Made by a program: the position numbers and the translations under genes. The notes beneath the pieces were generated by a model, which made no database searches, was not told where the DNA came from, and saw only the letters and a program-made list of their open reading frames with translations. A DNA stretch of 60,892 nucleotides, the filler included, from Hausera hauseri (taxonomy: Eukaryota), in the NCBI GenBank assembly GCA_046269625.1. It is 11 parts of 11 records of this genome, joined end to end, with 100 filler letters (N's around TTAATTAATTAA, not from the genome) between each part and the next. Parts side by side here need not be neighbours in the genome. Positions count along the whole stretch, not along the records: positions 55,396 to 60,892 come from JBJURY010242183.1; 10 more parts are not named here. The stretch is one strand, 5' to 3'. Below, piece by piece: positions 56,780 through 60,892 of this stretch (position 1 is the stretch's first letter; each line of letters starts with the position of its first letter).

Positions 56780-59700
56780 CGGTGACAACAACAACACAAT
56801 TGAGACATGTTCCGCAGAATGTGCGTAACCGGTTGGGATTAGAAATGGACAAATTCCAACACCACCACCATTGCACAGTGCAGTATTATGCACTTGCAGA
56901 ATTCGAAAACATTGAAAGCGACAGGAAACAATGGTACCCGTCACATTGAATTGTACCATACACCAAGGATTTTATAGCTGAGATTGGCGAAAAGGTCGAG
57001 GAGAAAATCACCAACTATACGAAAAAGGGTAGTGGATGGCGAATTATACGAATTGTCACCCTCGGATTTATCATAACAAAGTCGAGTGAAATGATTTACT
57101 TGTATGGGAGAACATTTATGCCGATACCTACAATTCTGAAGCAGTTTCTGGCGGTAGTGCATGTAAAAAATACTGACGACAAATACTGTTTCATTTACAG
57201 TATCCTGGCCATGTTAATCATCCAAATCAGTATCGACAGTATTTTTCTGAATTGGACTTTGATGAATGTTGGATGCCGATAAAATTTAAAACCATTCCGA
57301 CTTTTGAACGGCGTAATCGGCAATGTCAATTAATGTGTTCCGGTACAACACAGTCGTAGAAATACCGGAAGACGAAGAGATTTACAAGAACCCTCATGTG
57401 GACGTAAAATATCGAAGTCGGAATCCGAATGGACGCACAATAAATTTGATACTGTTAGAGAAAATGGATGGAGAAAAATTTCATTACGCGGTCGTGCAAA
57501 TTTGGACAGATTTTTGTACATGGAACATGATCAGTTTATCAAAAAACAAATACTATGCAAATGTGTCCTGTATGTCTGCAAGGCTTCAAATCACAAACAA
57601 CATGGCAGAAACATGTAACGTTGTGATACAAAATGCAACAGGAACAAAAATGTATGTCATGCAAGTAAAAAAGGAGCTGAGGTTCAGTGACTGGTTGAAA
57701 ACTGACAATCCGGCATACTTTGTATATGCTGATATTGAGGCAATCCTACCACCGCACAACATATTCCAATTGCCGTCGGCATGCTGCTTGTCCTAAGAAA
57801 AGCTACAGGTCAACCACAATATTATGTTTTTCATGGCTGGAACTGCGTACGCGATTTCCTGCCTCAGTTGGAAACAATGGTAAAAACGGAAGTCGCACCA
57901 TGGTACAGTAGAAATAGCAATAAACCCTTGATGTGGACAGATGAAGATGAACGTCTGACGTTTGCAGCAACCGACGAATGTTACCTGTGCTACAAAATAT
58001 TAACTTTCAATGCACAGGAACGGCTCGAACCGGATCACGATAATTTTACCGGTCGACATTTGGGAGAAATATGCAATTCGTACAATTTGGCAAGGCGCGT
58101 GAGGCCATTCCTGCTGGTGATTTTTCGTAACTTCCGGGGTTATGATTTTTACCATATTTTAAAATGGGCCATAAACGGATTTCCACACGGGAAACTATCC
58201 ATAATTCCAACAACGATGGAGAAGTACCAGTCCCTATCGGCACGCATAAACTGGTTCCAGGTACGGTTTCTTGACTTATTGCAGTTCCTTAACAAGTCTC
58301 TAGGAAAGCTCGTAAGTGCCTTGCCGGATGTGCCATAACATTGACTCAGTTCCATGTACATATTGCATGTAGCAAAGGCATATTCCCATATGACCTTGCT
58401 GTGTCGTACGAGAGGCTTTAGACAACAGATAATTGATGCCATAATGGACTGGAATCACAGAGGGCGAATACCACAGAGCGCAGGAAGGGTGGACAGAGCT
58501 CAGCGTGTACTTGTTAGTCTGTGTTTCAGACATTTCGTGCTAAGGCGTTGGTGGAAGATAGGCTGGAGCCGCTAAACTTTTACTCATACCAGGGATGAGT
58601 TTGGCATCGGCACTAATGTCGCTGGACAGGGAAATTGAGCTGTTGAAAGACTCGGAAATATACCAACTATTTGATGTTTGTATTCGTGGCGGCATGACAT
58701 TTGTCAGCAAGCATCAGGTAACCAGTGATGACGATGATACAACCTTAATGTTGTACATCGATATTAATAACCTGTATGGCTGGGCGCTTTCGCAACACTT
58801 GCAATAATATTGATTTGAATGGAGAATGGACAAACAAAAACTGGATACATTGCTGCACAGTCTGCCAGCAGCAGCAAACACGACAGAAAGCAGCTCAGTC
58901 GGCTACCTAATGGAAGTCGATCTTTTGGTACCAGATGAGTTGCATGACGCTCTGGACAAATTACCCGTCGCACCAATCAGCCAAAGTCCGCCCGACTCAA
59001 AAGTAAAGAAACTGCTCATGACGCATGAACCAAATTGGAATTACATGGTTCATTGGCGTCTACTTTAGTTTTACATGCAGCTCGGTGTACGCATCACATA
59101 GCTGCATCGCGCAATCCACTTTAATCAAACGCCGATATTCAAGGCATACATTGACGGAAATTCGCAGACACAAGCCGCAGTTTGTATAAAGTTCGAAAGG
59201 GACTACTACCAGTTGAAAAATAATTCTGTATACGGAAAAACAGTAGAGAACCTCAATAAGCGACTCAAATAACGAAAGCGACTGATTACGTACACCAGCG
59301 CAGCTCAGTTCAGGCGGTGAATGACCATTACCGATGGATTGGTTGCGGTGCTGTTAAACCGGGAAGAAGTCGTTCTGGACCGGCCAAGTTACATCGGATA
59401 AGTGGTATTTGACTGAGCAAGTTGCGAATGTATGAGCTTCATTATCATGACTTGGCACGTTACCGGCAAATGTTCGGCGGCTGTGAGATCAGTATCGTTG
59501 CCGGTGACATAGATAGCATTTTCCTTGAGCTGAAAAACGTCAATAGCGACCAACTGCTCCGGCAAATAATGTCAGATGGACTACTGGACACGTCCAAGTA
59601 CCAACCAGATCATCCGTTGTACAGCAGTGCAATTAACAACAAAATCGGCTGTTTCAAGGATGAAAGTGAAGGTCTGGTTCATTATCGGGAATGGCTATTC

Positions 59701-59990
59701 CTACGTCCAAAGTGCTACAGTCTTCTTACGGACTGTAGACCGAAAATGCGGGCATAAGGAGTCCAGCTGAGATAGACGGAAATCCACCACGCTGATTATC
59801 GCCGTATCTATGAAGAAGAAGAAGGATAATCAAAGGCTGTTGTATCTCAAACGATTATCCGATCGATTGAGCACCAGCTGTATACGGTGACAAATAAAAA
59901 AGTAGCTTTATCATGCAATGATGATAAGCTTAAGTGGATGGGTCGAAATAAGAGGTGAGCGTATGGACATTTGAGGTTGAAACAAAACAG
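56780..59990 (+). pseudogene. Polinton/Maverick protein-primed PolB, full length but heavily frameshifted
   Basis: SGWR; VKNTDDKYCFIYSIL; YADIEAIL (ExoI); DHDNFTGRHLGEICNSYNL (EndoVII-like); RNFRGYD (ExoII); KGIFPY; IRGG..LYIDINNLYG (motif A); LKNNSVYGKT (B); GDIDS (C); FKDE..LRPKCYS. Confidence 0.93.
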
Positions 59991-60291
59991 GTTCGGTGGT
60001 GTCAGATCAGATAAGATGAGATACAAACAATTTAATATTGTGACAATTATTGACAATTATCTTTTGTACATTGTTTTATTTTAATATTGATAATGTACTT
60101 TGTTCATTATCTTTTGCGTTTTGTTTTCGGTTAGTTACTTAACCTATTATTATTAAGATAAGGTAAAAGTAAAACAATAACCTTGAACAAGAAAACAAAA
60201 TATGTAACATAAATACATTTATTTATTGATGGAAGAAAAAGTAAAATTACAAAACAGAAAAATTAAGTCAGTTAAATCATAGTAAACTTCC

Positions 60292-60627
60292 TCATTTCCA
60301 TATTTGAGATTTGACACCGCTCCTTTCCTTGAATCCTTTGAGCTTCAGTGTCATGTAGCCTTTTGCTCCTTCCGGTGGTAAAACTGCTGCTGCTGTTGCT
60401 GCTGTATCTCCGCCATATGAACTGACAATTTTTGCCACATTTCCTTTGAGAAAAATCGACGATGTATCTCGGATATGGTTACTCAACACCAAATCACTGT
60501 CAACTTTTCTAATTATGTCTTCCATTGTATCTATTATACAATCGGGATTTCTGAGCAAATATTTGTTGTACCACAGCTTTTTTAAGAGACTGTCATCACC
60601 TGCTGAATTGTTTTCAACCAAAGACAT
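60292..60627 (-). pseudogene. Paralog of 49334-49765 with an internal deletion
   Basis: High peptide identity to the contig 9 ORF; convergent with PolB in both contigs. Confidence 0.6.
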
Positions 60628-60892
60628 TGTTTAAAAAAGACAAACGTAAACTAAAATTGCATCTCTATTTATATCAAAGGTTTGTTTTCATTAAGTAAAA
60701 TAGATATTTAGTTTGTGAGTATTGTCTCATATCACAATGATACAAATTACTTCCATGTTACTGAAGTCATTCATAATAAATGTGTACAATTTCCATTATA
60801 GCACATTTACATTCTGAACATTGGTGGGTTACTTTTGTGGTGGTAGGACACATTTGACAAACAACGAGATGGCCGCACATTAAGAATACCGT

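Noticed and set aside
1-60892. A single giant-virus genome (PolB, ATPase, TBP, dUTPase, protease)
   Set aside because: The PolB and ATPase are Polinton-type and mostly pseudogenised, lie on separate contigs, and are mixed with LINEs, DNA transposons and a spliced host exon. No RNA polymerase or NCLDV capsid motifs were seen.

Overview
This window is not one locus. It is 11 unrelated contigs of about 4-8 kb, joined by 100-nt artificial linkers (N44-TTAATTAATTAA-N44). The content is animal (probably invertebrate) genomic DNA dominated by mobile elements; nothing looks prokaryotic. Contig 1 (1-5341): LTR element lacking pol, with one 716-aa ORF and a tandem array of LTR-end/primer-binding-site (PBS) units. 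Contig 2 (5442-10526): arylsulfatase B-like exon, two RTE LINE 3' ends and a hAT relic. Contig 3 (10627-15219): decayed Polinton/Maverick protein-primed PolB. Contig 4 (15320-21304): decayed retroelement polyprotein in the unusual order [unknown helical domain + AT-hook]-[chuvirus-like class III fusion glycoprotein]-[aspartic protease]-[integrase]. Contig 5 (21405-28249): mariner relic and decayed Ty3/Gypsy. Contig 6 (28350-36220): near-intact BEL/Pao element whose gag-pro and pol are separated by one in-frame UGA in a CARYYA readthrough context. Contig 7 (36321-40270): Polinton/adintovirus morphogenesis genes (penton, adenain protease). Contig 8 (40371-45558): repeat-flanked gene relic with several RING fingers. 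Contigs 9 and 11 (45659-50576, 55396-60892): two copies of one Polinton family; contig 9 carries the packaging ATPase, a TBP-like protein, dUTPase and an exonuclease-like gene, both copies carry PolB and an SSB-like gene, and TATA boxes precede five gene starts. Contig 10 (50677-55295): probable Polinton terminus and nested hATm-type transposons. All family calls come from motif recognition by eye; no searches were run.
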